A stretch of DNA of 64,000 bases, taken from contig JAADCZ010000144.1 in assembly GCA_013154175.1 (NCBI GenBank), positions 6,928 to 70,927 of the forward strand. The letters run 5' to 3'. Origin of the DNA: Thermodesulfobacteriota bacterium (GTDB lineage: Bacteria > Desulfobacterota > Dissulfuribacteria > Dissulfuribacterales > QOAL01). Of the stretch, positions 37,525 through 46,344 are shown piece by piece (position 1 is the stretch's first letter; each line of letters starts with the position of its first letter). The notes beneath the pieces are model-generated. The model ran no database searches, was not told the DNA's origin, and saw only the letters and a list, made by a program, of their open reading frames with translations. The position numbers and the translations under genes are program-made.

Positions 37525-39219
37525 ATGGGCAGGAAGATTGTGGTAATCGGAGGGGTTGCATGCGGACCAAAGGCGGCATGCAGGGTAAAAAGGCTAGATC
37601 CCTCCTGTGAGGTCACCATATTGGAAAGGGGTGAGGAGATCTCCTATGGGGCTTGTGGTCTCCCATTCTATCTGGAAGGGGAAATAGACGATGTCAAGGA
37701 GCTTACCACCACACCTGTGGGGGTCGTGCGGGACGTCAACTTCTTCAAGGCAGTAAAGGGTGTGGATGTTCAGCTAAATACCGAGGCCATTGCCATTGAT
37801 CGTAAGGCCAAGGAGGTAAGGTTTCGTAACGTCAAGGATGGAAGTGAAGGCTCCATTTCATACGACAAACTCGTCATTGCCACAGGTAGTAGCCCAGTGA
37901 GACCTCCAATTCCAGGTATCGACCTTGACGGGATCTATTGTCTGAAGACCTTGCATGATGGCGTAATGTTGAAGAAGGCCATGGAAGAGGCCAAGGGTAA
38001 AAATGCCGTGATAATAGGGGCAGGCCTCATCGGGATGGAATGTCTCGAGCCACTTTTGAAGGCAGGTTTCACAGTGCATGTAGTGGAAAAACTGCCGTTT
38101 GTTCTTCCTGCCTTACTGGATGAAGAGATGGCAGTGCCTTTAATGAAACACATCCAGTCGAAGGGGGTCGTCTTACATGTGGGAGATGGTGTCTCAAGTT
38201 TCGAGGGAGAGGGCAGGGTAGCCAAGGTTGTCACTGAAAAGACAGAGATCGAGGCGGATCTGGTGTTGCTTGCCATTGGTTTTAGACCCAACACCAAGCT
38301 TGCAGAGGATGCAGGTCTAAGAGTTGGAAGAATGGGCATTGTTGTTGATGCCCATCTCAGGACTTCAGACCCGGATATCTATGCAGGTGGCGACTGTGTG
38401 CAGTCCTACAACATAGTTACAGGCAAACCCATGTATGCGCCAATGGGGTCCACTGCCAACAAACATGGTCGCATTATTGGAAACAATTTGGCCGGGTGGA
38501 ATTCGACCTTCTCAGGTGTGTGCGGCACCGGTGTTTGCAATATTCTTGGCTTCAATGTGGCGCGTACCGGTCTCACAGAGAGGGATGCAAGGGGTGAAGG
38601 CATGGAAGTCCTTACCTCACTTTGCCCTGCACCAGACAAGCCCCACTATATGAAGGATGCCAAGCTGATACACTTCAAGATGGTGGCAGAAAAATACTCC
38701 GGCAGAATTCTTGGCATACAGGCCCTGGGGCCAGGGGAGGTCTTGAGCCGGGTGGATACGGCAGCGGCCCTTCTAAAGGCAGGTGGCACTGTTGATGATT
38801 GTTTTGAAACAGATATGGCCTATGCGCCTCCATATTCTCCGGCCATTGACAATCTGATTGTTGCTGCCAATGTCATTCAGAATAAGAGGGATGGACTCAT
38901 ACGTGCATATTCTCCCAAAGAGGTCAAGGAGAAGCTCGATAAGGGAGAAGATTTCATATTCCTGGACGTCAGGACTCCAAAGGAACTGGAGCAGATGCGA
39001 CTGCCCTACGAAAATGTGGTGCACATACCCCTTGGCATGGTGCGCAAGAAGGCATCGGAGCTTCCGCGAGACAAGGAGATAATATGTCTTTGCAAGATAT
39101 CCCTTAGGGGTTACGAGGCAGCAAAGATACTGGAATCAGAAGGATTTGATAGAGACAAGATATGGCTACTCGATGGAGGGCTAGTGGCCTGGCCCTATGA
39201 GAAGATAGTCAATATGTAG
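37525..39219 (+). CDS. CoA-disulfide reductase / NADH oxidase-family flavoprotein fused to a C-terminal rhodanese domain
   Basis: It has KIVVIGGVACG, a redox Cys in SYGACGLPFY and a second dinucleotide fold AVIIGAGLIGME. The C-terminal rhodanese has the loop CLCKISLRG. An AAGGAGG RBS lies upstream. Confidence 0.85.
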   Translation: MGRKIVVIGGVACGPKAACRVKRLDPSCEVTILERGEEISYGACGLPFYLEGEIDDVKELTTTPVGVVRDVNFFKAVKGVDVQLNTEAIAIDRKAKEVRFRNVKDGSEGSISYDKLVIATGSSPVRPPIPGIDLDGIYCLKTLHDGVMLKKAMEEAKGKNAVIIGAGLIGMECLEPLLKAGFTVHVVEKLPFVLPALLDEEMAVPLMKHIQSKGVVLHVGDGVSSFEGEGRVAKVVTEKTEIEADLVLLAIGFRPNTKLAEDAGLRVGRMGIVVDAHLRTSDPDIYAGGDCVQSYNIVTGKPMYAPMGSTANKHGRIIGNNLAGWNSTFSGVCGTGVCNILGFNVARTGLTERDARGEGMEVLTSLCPAPDKPHYMKDAKLIHFKMVAEKYSGRILGIQALGPGEVLSRVDTAAALLKAGGTVDDCFETDMAYAPPYSPAIDNLIVAANVIQNKRDGLIRAYSPKEVKEKLDKGEDFIFLDVRTPKELEQMRLPYENVVHIPLGMVRKKASELPRDKEIICLCKISLRGYEAAKILESEGFDRDKIWLLDGGLVAWPYEKIVNM

Positions 39220-39255
39220 ATTCGCCATAGTTTGGCGGATATTTTGAGGAGACTG

Positions 39256-39289
39256 AGCCCCTTGGGTGCCAAGGGGCTTTTCTTTTTTT
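39256..39289 (+). terminator. Rho-independent terminator
   Basis: AGCCCCTTGG-gtg-CCAAGGGGCT followed by TTTCTTTTTTT. Confidence 0.75.
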
Positions 39290-39548
39290 AACCTTTTGTG
39301 TGGCCAGGCAGGTTTATCTGGGTACAGCTTCCAGACTGGCACTGGTTCGTGGTGTATGATGGAGTGCTAGCCGATGGAGATGCAGACGACTTTGACGGAC
39401 CCGTTGCGATATTTGCTGCACTCATAAGCTTTCCCACATCAGGGCTTGAACACTTGGCACATCTTACATCCTCCATTTCATCCTTGGACATAAGGAGAAG
39501 TTCAAAGACATATCCGCAGCTTCTGCATTGGAATTCATAGATGGGCAT
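39288..39548 (-). CDS. FmdB-family zinc-ribbon protein with Ser-rich tail
   Basis: It has MPIYEFQCRSCG...CAKCSS. A GGGAGGA RBS lies upstream. Confidence 0.7.
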   Translation of the reverse strand: MPIYEFQCRSCGYVFELLLMSKDEMEDVRCAKCSSPDVGKLMSAANIATGPSKSSASPSASTPSYTTNQCQSGSCTQINLPGHTKG

Positions 39549-39580
39549 TTTTGTCCTCCCATTGAAAAGTATTTAAAAAC

Positions 39581-39616
39581 AAAAAAAGGAAGGAGGTGGT
39601 CAAGCCCCCTCCTTCC
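39581..39616 (-). terminator. Rho-independent terminator downstream of the outer-membrane protein gene
   Basis: On the minus strand, GGAAGGAGGG-ggcttgacca-CCTCCTTCC is followed by TTTTTTTGTTTTT. Confidence 0.6.
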
Positions 39617-39646
39617 TTTATATGACTCTATGTCAAGAAGTCCCTT

Positions 39647-41299
39647 TTAGAAATAGACCTCAAATGTGGCATAGATGTTATCCATCTGGTTAACAGGAGC
39701 GAAGAACTGGGCCAGGTTTGGATCCTTGCCTACGTCATCAACATCCCAAGGCTTGCCAAGCCAGCTTCCGCTGCCTGTGTAGTTGATCCAGTAGTACTGA
39801 TATCCAACTCTCATGAATACCTTAGCATACTTGGAGATGGCTTCGCCAGCTGGTACATCCCAGATCCAGTAGACTTCACCAACATGACCGCGAGTAGCAA
39901 GCTTGCTGAGATAGAGGTCGTCAGCAGCTGGGGTGAAGTTGATCCAGTAACGTGAACCAAAGTTGTACTCGAAGCCGATCTTGCTCCTGAGGCTTTCCAG
40001 AGGAACTCTGAAGCCAGCGTATGCTGCCCAGCCCCAGTGATTCTCCTTGGAAGTATCGGTAGGATCGGTGAGGAGACCGTATCCCATGAAGTTACGTCCC
40101 CTGTCATCTGTACGGCTGAGACCACCACTTATGAACCAGTCGATTCCGCGGAACCTATCCATGTAAACAAAGCTTGCATGGTAGATGTCACCCAGGTCAG
40201 CGGTTGCGTCAACCCTTTCCTGAGTTCCTGTGGTCATCAGGGCGAAAGGCATGGTGTTGTTGGAGATGGAGCGGCCTTCCATGAGATCTGGAATATCAGC
40301 TGCCCTGAAAACCTGGAGGTTGGCGAACCTGTGGTTTTCAGTGTCGTTTATGATATCCCAGCTGAATCCGTAAAGATCGGTATCATCGAGGCCGGCAGTT
40401 GGGTTGTCATCAGAATCGAACCCTGCTTCGTATCCACGACCGTAGCAGATACGAATCTTACCTGGCCATGGATTGGTGTACATGTAACCAAAGGTGGCGC
40501 CGTCAAATGTCCAGTCAACACCAAGTGCCACTGGAGTAGCATAGCGGCTGTCGTAGTTGTACCTCAGCTGTGCTGGAGGTCCATCAACGGTTGGACGCCT
40601 ACCAACAGAGATCCAGATGGGCAGATCCATGATGTTTGTCCAGTTTACATAGGCCATCTCAACCCTGAGGGTGTTGTCATTTGGACGACGGCTGATGTTT
40701 GGATCCCACATGAAGCCATTGCCACCGAATGGGTAAGCTGTCTTGGCAGAGCTTTCCATGCCCCAAATCTTGTACATGGTAACCCTACCTTTGAAGGTGA
40801 CATTCTCGGTTGCCTTAACCTTCATGCCAAGACGGAGCCTGTTGGTGAAAAGGGTGTCGTTGTTGAAATCCTCTGCCTCTTTCTTCTCGGGCATTGGACC
40901 AACCATTCCACCCTGCATCCACTGGCCAAGCTCGATGGCATCATAGTAGGACCTTGCATGTGCCCTGGTGGAATCCATGCGGAAACGATAGTCACCGAAG
41001 ACCTCGAAACGTCCGACACCGTTTGTCATAAGGTCTTCAAACTGGTCGGAAAGCTCGTCGAGATTGTCGTCAGTGTCTTCCTGCTTGGACTTTAATGCCT
41101 GAAGTTCCCTTTCGAGGGCGGCATTGGTTCCTTTGGTCTTGACTTCATTAAGCTCTCTTTTGACTTGCTGAAGCTCACGAGTGAGTTGTTCAATCCTCTT
41201 CAACAGCTGATCCGTGCTTGGTGAAGCGTATCCTCCAGCAAAAACGCCAGCAGGGAACAGCAAACCAAGAAAGAGCAAAATTCCCACGATTTTTTTCAT
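39647..41299 (-). CDS. Outer-membrane beta-barrel protein with N-terminal coiled coil (DUF3373-like, tentative)
   Basis: It has a signal peptide MKKIVGILLFLGLLFPAGVFA, a heptad-rich segment (LLKRIEQLTRELQQVKRELNEVK), alternating beta-strand pattern and an OMP-type C-terminus ATFEVYF. A GGAGGG RBS precedes the ATG at 41299. Confidence 0.65.
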   Translation of the reverse strand: MKKIVGILLFLGLLFPAGVFAGGYASPSTDQLLKRIEQLTRELQQVKRELNEVKTKGTNAALERELQALKSKQEDTDDNLDELSDQFEDLMTNGVGRFEVFGDYRFRMDSTRAHARSYYDAIELGQWMQGGMVGPMPEKKEAEDFNNDTLFTNRLRLGMKVKATENVTFKGRVTMYKIWGMESSAKTAYPFGGNGFMWDPNISRRPNDNTLRVEMAYVNWTNIMDLPIWISVGRRPTVDGPPAQLRYNYDSRYATPVALGVDWTFDGATFGYMYTNPWPGKIRICYGRGYEAGFDSDDNPTAGLDDTDLYGFSWDIINDTENHRFANLQVFRAADIPDLMEGRSISNNTMPFALMTTGTQERVDATADLGDIYHASFVYMDRFRGIDWFISGGLSRTDDRGRNFMGYGLLTDPTDTSKENHWGWAAYAGFRVPLESLRSKIGFEYNFGSRYWINFTPAADDLYLSKLATRGHVGEVYWIWDVPAGEAISKYAKVFMRVGYQYYWINYTGSGSWLGKPWDVDDVGKDPNLAQFFAPVNQMDNIYATFEVYF

Positions 41300-41360
41300 G
41301 GCATATCCCTCCATTTTTTTGTACTCCCTAAAGTTAAGAACAGATAATCGATAAGCAAGT

Positions 41361-41389
41361 TCATTAATTCATTAAACAGCAAATGTCAA
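41361..41389 (-). promoter_or_regulatory. Putative sigma-70 promoter for the OMP gene
   Basis: On the minus strand, TTGACA (41389-41384), a 17-nt spacer, then TAATGA (41366-41361). Confidence 0.4.
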
Positions 41390-41417
41390 GCAAACCGCAT
41401 AAATAGGGGGAATACAC

Positions 41418-42014
41418 GTGAATAAAGTACGTTCAGTAACGACTATTAAGGATAATAAATTAAGCGATGAACTAATTGCATTTGCAAAGCTATTGTATGA
41501 CAAGGGGTTCATAGCAGGAGCCAATGGCAATATGAGTGTGAAGCTCGATGACAAAAGGTTCCTGGTCACGGCTTCTGGCGTGCACAAGGGGCTCATGGGG
41601 CCAGATGGGCTAGTAGTGGTTGACGATACAGGTAAGGTTTGTGCAGGAAGCAAGGAACCATCCTCTGAGATTTTTGCGCATCTGGCCATTTACAAGGAGG
41701 TTCCCCAGGCAAGGGCGGTCATTCACGCACATGCTCCCTGGTGTACAGCCGTTAGCCTCAAAAAGGAGTATGTGGAATTGTCTGGTCTGGTGGAGGCAGA
41801 GCATCTTTTTCCCAGGGTGGAAATGGTGCCAAGACTCAAGCCTGGAAGCAGGGAACTTGCCAGCTACTGTGGTGATGCTGCAAAGCGGGGTAAGGTGTTC
41901 ATATTGAAGGGGCACGGAGTGGTTTCATGGGGATGTGACCTCAAGGAGGCCTTTTGCCTCGTCGAGGCCCTAGAAAACAATATCAAGATTGTGGCAATGA
42001 GCAGTCACTTTTAA
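41418..42014 (+). CDS. Class II aldolase/adducin-family protein
   Basis: It has GNMSVKL...LVTASG, a metal-binding VIHAHAP and a family-typical length. It starts at GTG with an AGGGGG RBS. Confidence 0.7.
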   Translation: MNKVRSVTTIKDNKLSDELIAFAKLLYDKGFIAGANGNMSVKLDDKRFLVTASGVHKGLMGPDGLVVVDDTGKVCAGSKEPSSEIFAHLAIYKEVPQARAVIHAHAPWCTAVSLKKEYVELSGLVEAEHLFPRVEMVPRLKPGSRELASYCGDAAKRGKVFILKGHGVVSWGCDLKEAFCLVEALENNIKIVAMSSHF

Positions 42015-42028
42015 TGGCCCTTTTAATT

Positions 42029-42919
42029 TTATAAAGGTCTTAAGAGACCCGCTGAAGCATCAAGCTCATAATCGCTGCCCAACAAGATGGGCATGTTACA
42101 CCTTCCATGCCCGGCGGGCACATCGACCAAAATTGGTATTCCAAGGCCTTTTAGCCTGTCATGAAAAAGTTTCAGCAGTAGATGTTCCTTCCCTTCCTCG
42201 TGTTTCTTCAAAAGAAAGGTCCCGATTGCTATTGCTTTGACTTTGTCCAGCACCCCTGCATGAAGGAGATGGGTGAGCATCCTGTCCACCCTGTATATGT
42301 CTTCTCCGCAATCTTCCATGAAAAGGATATTGTCTTCCCAGTCAGGCTCGAAGGGTGTTCCTATGGTATGGCAGAGACAAGTCAGGTTGCCACCCACAAT
42401 CGGCCCTTTCACCGTGCCGGGTGAAAGGGTTTTGCCCCTGAGCTTCGAGAGCCTGCCTGTGGCAAGAAACTCCAAAAGGGCCGTGCGGCTTTCCTGGCAA
42501 GTGGTCAAGAAGGTTGAAAGCATTGGCCCATGAAGGAAGGTCTTGTTGTGGTTCAAGAGGTGGCAGGCGAGAAAGGTTGCATCGCTAAAGCCAATTATGA
42601 GCACCTTGTCCAAATGGCTCGAGATGGCATCGAAGTCAACTTTGCCGAGCCATCTCATGGTGCCATAGCCGCCCCTTGAAAGTATAATAAAGGTATAGTC
42701 ATTGCAGCTAGAAACCAGATTGGTGAATAGTCGGGCCTTCTTTTCATCGTCCATGGCTAGATAGGAGAGCTCGGGGTTTGCTTCCCCAACAGGGCTCATG
42801 AACGAAAAGGTGAGGTTTCCATAGGGAAGAAACTCATCCTTGAATTTGGCAATGGCTTCCTCGATTAGTTTGGGGTCGGATGGGGATGCAGGTTCAAAAA
42901 TATTTATTTGTAAATTCAT
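42029..42919 (-). CDS. LD-carboxypeptidase (S66 family, LdcA-like)
   Basis: It has SRGGYG, a nucleophile motif GFSDATFL and a C-terminal GHG. The length is typical of the family. Confidence 0.7.
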   Translation of the reverse strand: MNLQINIFEPASPSDPKLIEEAIAKFKDEFLPYGNLTFSFMSPVGEANPELSYLAMDDEKKARLFTNLVSSCNDYTFIILSRGGYGTMRWLGKVDFDAISSHLDKVLIIGFSDATFLACHLLNHNKTFLHGPMLSTFLTTCQESRTALLEFLATGRLSKLRGKTLSPGTVKGPIVGGNLTCLCHTIGTPFEPDWEDNILFMEDCGEDIYRVDRMLTHLLHAGVLDKVKAIAIGTFLLKKHEEGKEHLLLKLFHDRLKGLGIPILVDVPAGHGRCNMPILLGSDYELDASAGLLRPL

Positions 42920-43060
42920 GGGGATGTCAAATCCTTGACTTTGTAATGGCAGACCTTACTTTTTATTATGGCTTTACTATGTGGTTCATGTTTCAGTAAA
43001 TTCCCAAATCAAAAACAAGACAAAATTTCATTAATATTAGAGAGGATAAAGGTTTAGGCA

Positions 43061-44047
43061 ATGACTCAGGGAAAAGATTATTACAAAATATTAGGTGTAT
43101 CAAAGGATGCAAGCCCGGAGGAAATAAAAAAGGCCTTCAGGAAGCTGGCCGTAAAATATCACCCAGACAAGAACAAGGGGAACAAGGAGGCTGAAGAGAA
43201 GTTTAAAGAGATCAATGAGGCCTATGCTGTACTGAGCGATCCGAAAAAACGCAAGGAATATGACTCCTTCGGATCCCAGGAGTTTCATAGACATTACAGT
43301 CAGGAAGATATCTTCAGAAACTTCGACTTTTCCTCTATTTTCGAGGACCTTGGGATCGGAGGGGACGGTTTTACCCGTATAATCTTCAGGACTGGCGGCG
43401 GTGGCGGAGCCGGCGGAATGGGCTCCATCTTTGATGACCTCTTCTCTGCCCATGGTGGTGGTGACTACGCTTACACCACAGGGGCAGGTTATGGAGGAGA
43501 CGATCAGTATGTCTATAATACCCCACAGCCAAAGGGCCAGGACGTCATTTTGGACCTGTATGTAACGCCCCAGGAAGTCATCAACGGGGACAAGAAGATA
43601 ATTGCCCTGCAGACTGGCGGTTTCCCAGAGAAGATTTCCGTCAAGATTCCAAAGGGTATTGAGCAGGGCAAGAAGATAAGGGTCCCCGCAAAGGGTGTCC
43701 AAGGCCCTGGCGGCAGGGGAGACCTCTATCTGAGAATCAACATAACCTTGCCACAAGGCTTCTATTTCGATAAGGATGGCAAGCTTGTTTATGACAAGTT
43801 CATCAAGTTTTCAGAGGCTTGCCTCGGAACCAAGGTGGAGGTGCCTGGCATCGACGGTGGTAAACTGAAGCTCAAGGTTCCTCCAGGAATCAGATGTGGC
43901 CAGAAGATGCGGCTACGTGGCAAGGGATTGCCAGGTTCCGGCGGCACTAGAAAGGACTTGTATGTGAGAATAATGATAGATGTTCCAAAGTCCTTGAACA
44001 GTGAGCAAAAGAAGGTTGTTGAGGAACTCAAAAAAGTGGGCTTGTAG
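43061..44047 (+). CDS. cbpA: J-domain co-chaperone, CbpA-like (no zinc-finger domain)
   Basis: It has [33 protein letters not shown], a Gly-rich linker and DnaJ C-terminal domains. CxxCxGxG repeats are absent. Confidence 0.8.
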   Translation: MTQGKDYYKILGVSKDASPEEIKKAFRKLAVKYHPDKNKGNKEAEEKFKEINEAYAVLSDPKKRKEYDSFGSQEFHRHYSQEDIFRNFDFSSIFEDLGIGGDGFTRIIFRTGGGGGAGGMGSIFDDLFSAHGGGDYAYTTGAGYGGDDQYVYNTPQPKGQDVILDLYVTPQEVINGDKKIIALQTGGFPEKISVKIPKGIEQGKKIRVPAKGVQGPGGRGDLYLRINITLPQGFYFDKDGKLVYDKFIKFSEACLGTKVEVPGIDGGKLKLKVPPGIRCGQKMRLRGKGLPGSGGTRKDLYVRIMIDVPKSLNSEQKKVVEELKKVGL

Positions 44048-44061
44048 TCCATCAGGTTTCA

Positions 44062-44088
44062 AAGGGGCCTCGTCATGAGGCCCTTTTT
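44062..44088 (+). terminator. Rho-independent terminator
   Basis: GGGCCTC-gtcat-GAGGCCC followed by TTTTT. Confidence 0.75.
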
Positions 44089-44103
44089 GATTCATCACGA
44101 TTC

Positions 44104-44132
44104 TTGACATTTCGTGTGAATTTGTGTTAACA
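44104..44132 (+). promoter_or_regulatory. Putative sigma-70 promoter for tRNA-Arg
   Basis: TTGACA (44104-44109), a 17-nt spacer, then TTAACA (44127-44132). It has the same architecture as the tRNA-Lys/Glu promoter. Confidence 0.35.
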
Positions 44133-44153
44133 GTTGCAGCCAAACTTCACTGG

Positions 44154-44229
44154 GCCCCCGTAGCTCAGGGGATAGAGCACAGGATTCCTAATCCTGGTGT
44201 CGCACGTTCGAATCGTGCCGGGGGCACCA
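44154..44229 (+). tRNA. tRNA-Arg (anticodon CCU), CCA encoded
   Basis: Acceptor GCCCCCG/CGGGGGC, D-arm GCTC-AGGGGATA-GAGC, anticodon stem-loop CAGGA-TTCCTAA-TCCTG, T-arm GCACG-TTCGAAT-CGTGC. Confidence 0.9.
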
Positions 44230-44585
44230 ATGGTCATTCCTCAATACACTCGTTGTCCAAAAAACAAAAATCTCTCCCTTTCACTCTGTAATCCCCTTGA
44301 ATCACGTCTGTTTTTTAGTCACTCTTGAAGGTATTCCAAGAAGATTTTTGAAAGAGTAGCTGCTCGTTGAAAGTGATGAATTTGGCAGGAAGTTTTTTTA
44401 GGCTGGGTAGAAACTATTGGATGCTCGGGTGGATTTCGTCCTCTGGGCCCTGGGCCCAGACAACAGAGGGAAGTAAGCGGCCCGGGATGATTATCTCAGG
44501 TCAGTGCTTGCTGCCTCTGTTGTCGTGGCGCTTTTCATGAAGCCTCAAGGAATTGGCTATAAGACTGGTATCGGGCCCTGATGTC

Positions 44586-45038
44586 TTACTTTTTCACAAC
44601 AGTGACTGGGCATGGCACATTGGCGCTTAGGAGTTTTGGTGGAATCTCTCCCAGGGCAATGTCCAGCAGGGAGGTCTTTTTACCATGTGAGCCCACAACT
44701 ATAAGGTCGGCAGATTCCTTGTTGGCTGCACTAACTATTTCCTCCACAGGGTCATTACCCTTTACCACTTCTCCAGAAAAGGAAACCCCTTTTGCCTTGG
44801 CAATGTCTTCAAGCCTGCTGATGGCTGCCTTGCCCTCTTCTTCCAGTTGTTGAATGATTATGTCCCTGGTAGGCAGGTACATCTCGGCCAGTTTCATTCC
44901 TGCTAGGAATTCTATGGCATCGGCAACATAGAGGGCATAAATGCTGGCATTTAGCTGGGAAGCAAGCTCAATTGCAAATGTTCCAGCCTTCACCGCCGTA
45001 TCAGAACCATCAGTAGCTACAAGAATCTTTTTAATCAT
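44586..45038 (-). CDS. Universal stress protein (UspA family)
   Basis: It has KKILVATDGS...LIVVGSHGK...GEIPPKLL...CPVTVVK. An AGGAGG RBS lies upstream. Confidence 0.8.
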   Translation of the reverse strand: MIKKILVATDGSDTAVKAGTFAIELASQLNASIYALYVADAIEFLAGMKLAEMYLPTRDIIIQQLEEEGKAAISRLEDIAKAKGVSFSGEVVKGNDPVEEIVSAANKESADLIVVGSHGKKTSLLDIALGEIPPKLLSANVPCPVTVVKK

Positions 45039-45232
45039 GTCGTTCCTCCTTTCATCCGCAAAATAAAAAAACAGCTTCTTTCGCTTCTACATCCCTTCAC
45101 TAAAAGTATAAGTAGAGCAGCAAGTACCCCTTGTCAATGTGACAAAGAACACAAAATAGAAAAGATTTAAAAAAATGTACCCAAAGTAAAGAGACTGCAT
45201 TTACTTAACCAATACAAGTCTGCCCTAGAGAC

Positions 45233-46261
45233 TTACCCCTTTCCACTAAAGTTTCTGATTACCTTGCTGGCAACCAGTACATTTTCGTTTGTTCTGTTGG
45301 CAATAAAATCTCTCACATTCTTAATGGTTGTCTCGGCTATGTGGGTAAGGGCCTCCTTGGTGAAGTAGGCCTGATGTCCTGTTACTATCACGTTTGGAAA
45401 TGTGAGGAGCAGTAGGAATACCTCGTCATCGATTATCTCCTCGGAAAGATTTTTGTAAAATATGTCTCCCTCTTCTTCGTAAACGTCGAGGCCTGCGCCA
45501 CCAAGATGCTTTTCTTTGAGGCTGTCGATAAGCGCCCTCGTATCGATTATGGCACCCCTGCTCGTGTTTATGAGTAATGCCCCCTTTTTCATGATGGCCA
45601 GTTTGTCCTTGTCAATTAGATGGTAGGTGTCTGGTGTAAGGGGAAGATGCAGGGTTACAATGTCGGAATTTCTCAGCAGGTCATCGATCTCCACATAGGT
45701 TCCACCATATTCTTTCACTTCTGGATTCTCCCGGACGTCATGGGCAAGTACGTTCATGCCAAAGCCCTGGCCAAGGATTTTGGCCACGACCGTCCCTATC
45801 TTGCCCGTCCCCAAGATTCCCACAGTCTTTCCATACATGTCAAAACCCATTAGTCCGTCCAGGAGGAAATTTTCTTCCTTGACCCTCATGTAGGCCCTGT
45901 GGATCTTCCGGTTCAGATTGAGCATTAGGCCAACAGAAAATTCTGCAACGGAATAGGGGGAATATTTGGCGACCCTCATCACGGTAATGCCCAGTTCTTC
46001 TGCCGTCTCGAGGTCTACATTGTTGAAACCCGTGCATCGCAGAAGCACGAGTTTGATGCCAAAGGAAGCAAGACTCTTCAGAACCTGGCTTCCAAGATCG
46101 TCGTTCACGAAACAGCAGACTCCCTCAAAGCCCTTGGCCATTACTACGGAATCTGGCTTTAACTGGGCCTCTGTAAAGTGGAAGTCGCACAGGCCATCCC
46201 TGTTGGCCCTGCTGAGAAAGTCCCTGTCGTAGGATCGGGCGCTGTACACCAAAATTTTCAT
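45233..46261 (-). CDS. ldhA: D-lactate dehydrogenase (fermentative 2-hydroxyacid dehydrogenase)
   Basis: It is colinear with E. coli LdhA from MKILVYSARSYD through FVNDD...LRCTGFNNVDL...GILGTGKIG. I chose the ATG at 46261 because an AAGGGGGTG RBS precedes it. Confidence 0.85.
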   Translation of the reverse strand: MKILVYSARSYDRDFLSRANRDGLCDFHFTEAQLKPDSVVMAKGFEGVCCFVNDDLGSQVLKSLASFGIKLVLLRCTGFNNVDLETAEELGITVMRVAKYSPYSVAEFSVGLMLNLNRKIHRAYMRVKEENFLLDGLMGFDMYGKTVGILGTGKIGTVVAKILGQGFGMNVLAHDVRENPEVKEYGGTYVEIDDLLRNSDIVTLHLPLTPDTYHLIDKDKLAIMKKGALLINTSRGAIIDTRALIDSLKEKHLGGAGLDVYEEEGDIFYKNLSEEIIDDEVFLLLLTFPNVIVTGHQAYFTKEALTHIAETTIKNVRDFIANRTNENVLVASKVIRNFSGKG

Positions 46262-46344
46262 GTCACACCCCCTTTGCCTTCCCGCCTTTGGGGGAAGAGG
46301 TTGGGCAGGAACCATGTGCCCTGCCCAACCAACTGTTTGCTCAA

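Noticed and set aside
40037-41095. A 352-aa ORF on the plus strand, antisense to the outer-membrane protein gene.
   Set aside because: It has no RBS and its translation is compositionally odd (rich in V/G/H/C). It lies entirely inside a gene with strong signal-peptide and OMP C-terminal evidence. It is most likely a stop-free antisense frame caused by codon bias.
43000-43060. A sigma-32-like heat-shock promoter (CTTGACT-N13-CCTTACTT) upstream of the cbpA-like gene.
   Set aside because: It matches the CCCCATNT -10 element only partially, which is not distinguishable from chance by eye.
44440-44530. Possible 4.5S/SRP RNA, based on GGGAAGTAAGCGGCC and CAGGTCAG strings resembling the SRP helix-8 motifs GGAAGCAGCC and CAGGUCAGG.
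   Set aside because: The motifs are in the wrong order and spacing. I could not fold a helix 8 with a GNRA tetraloop and symmetric loop. It needs a covariance-model check before any call.
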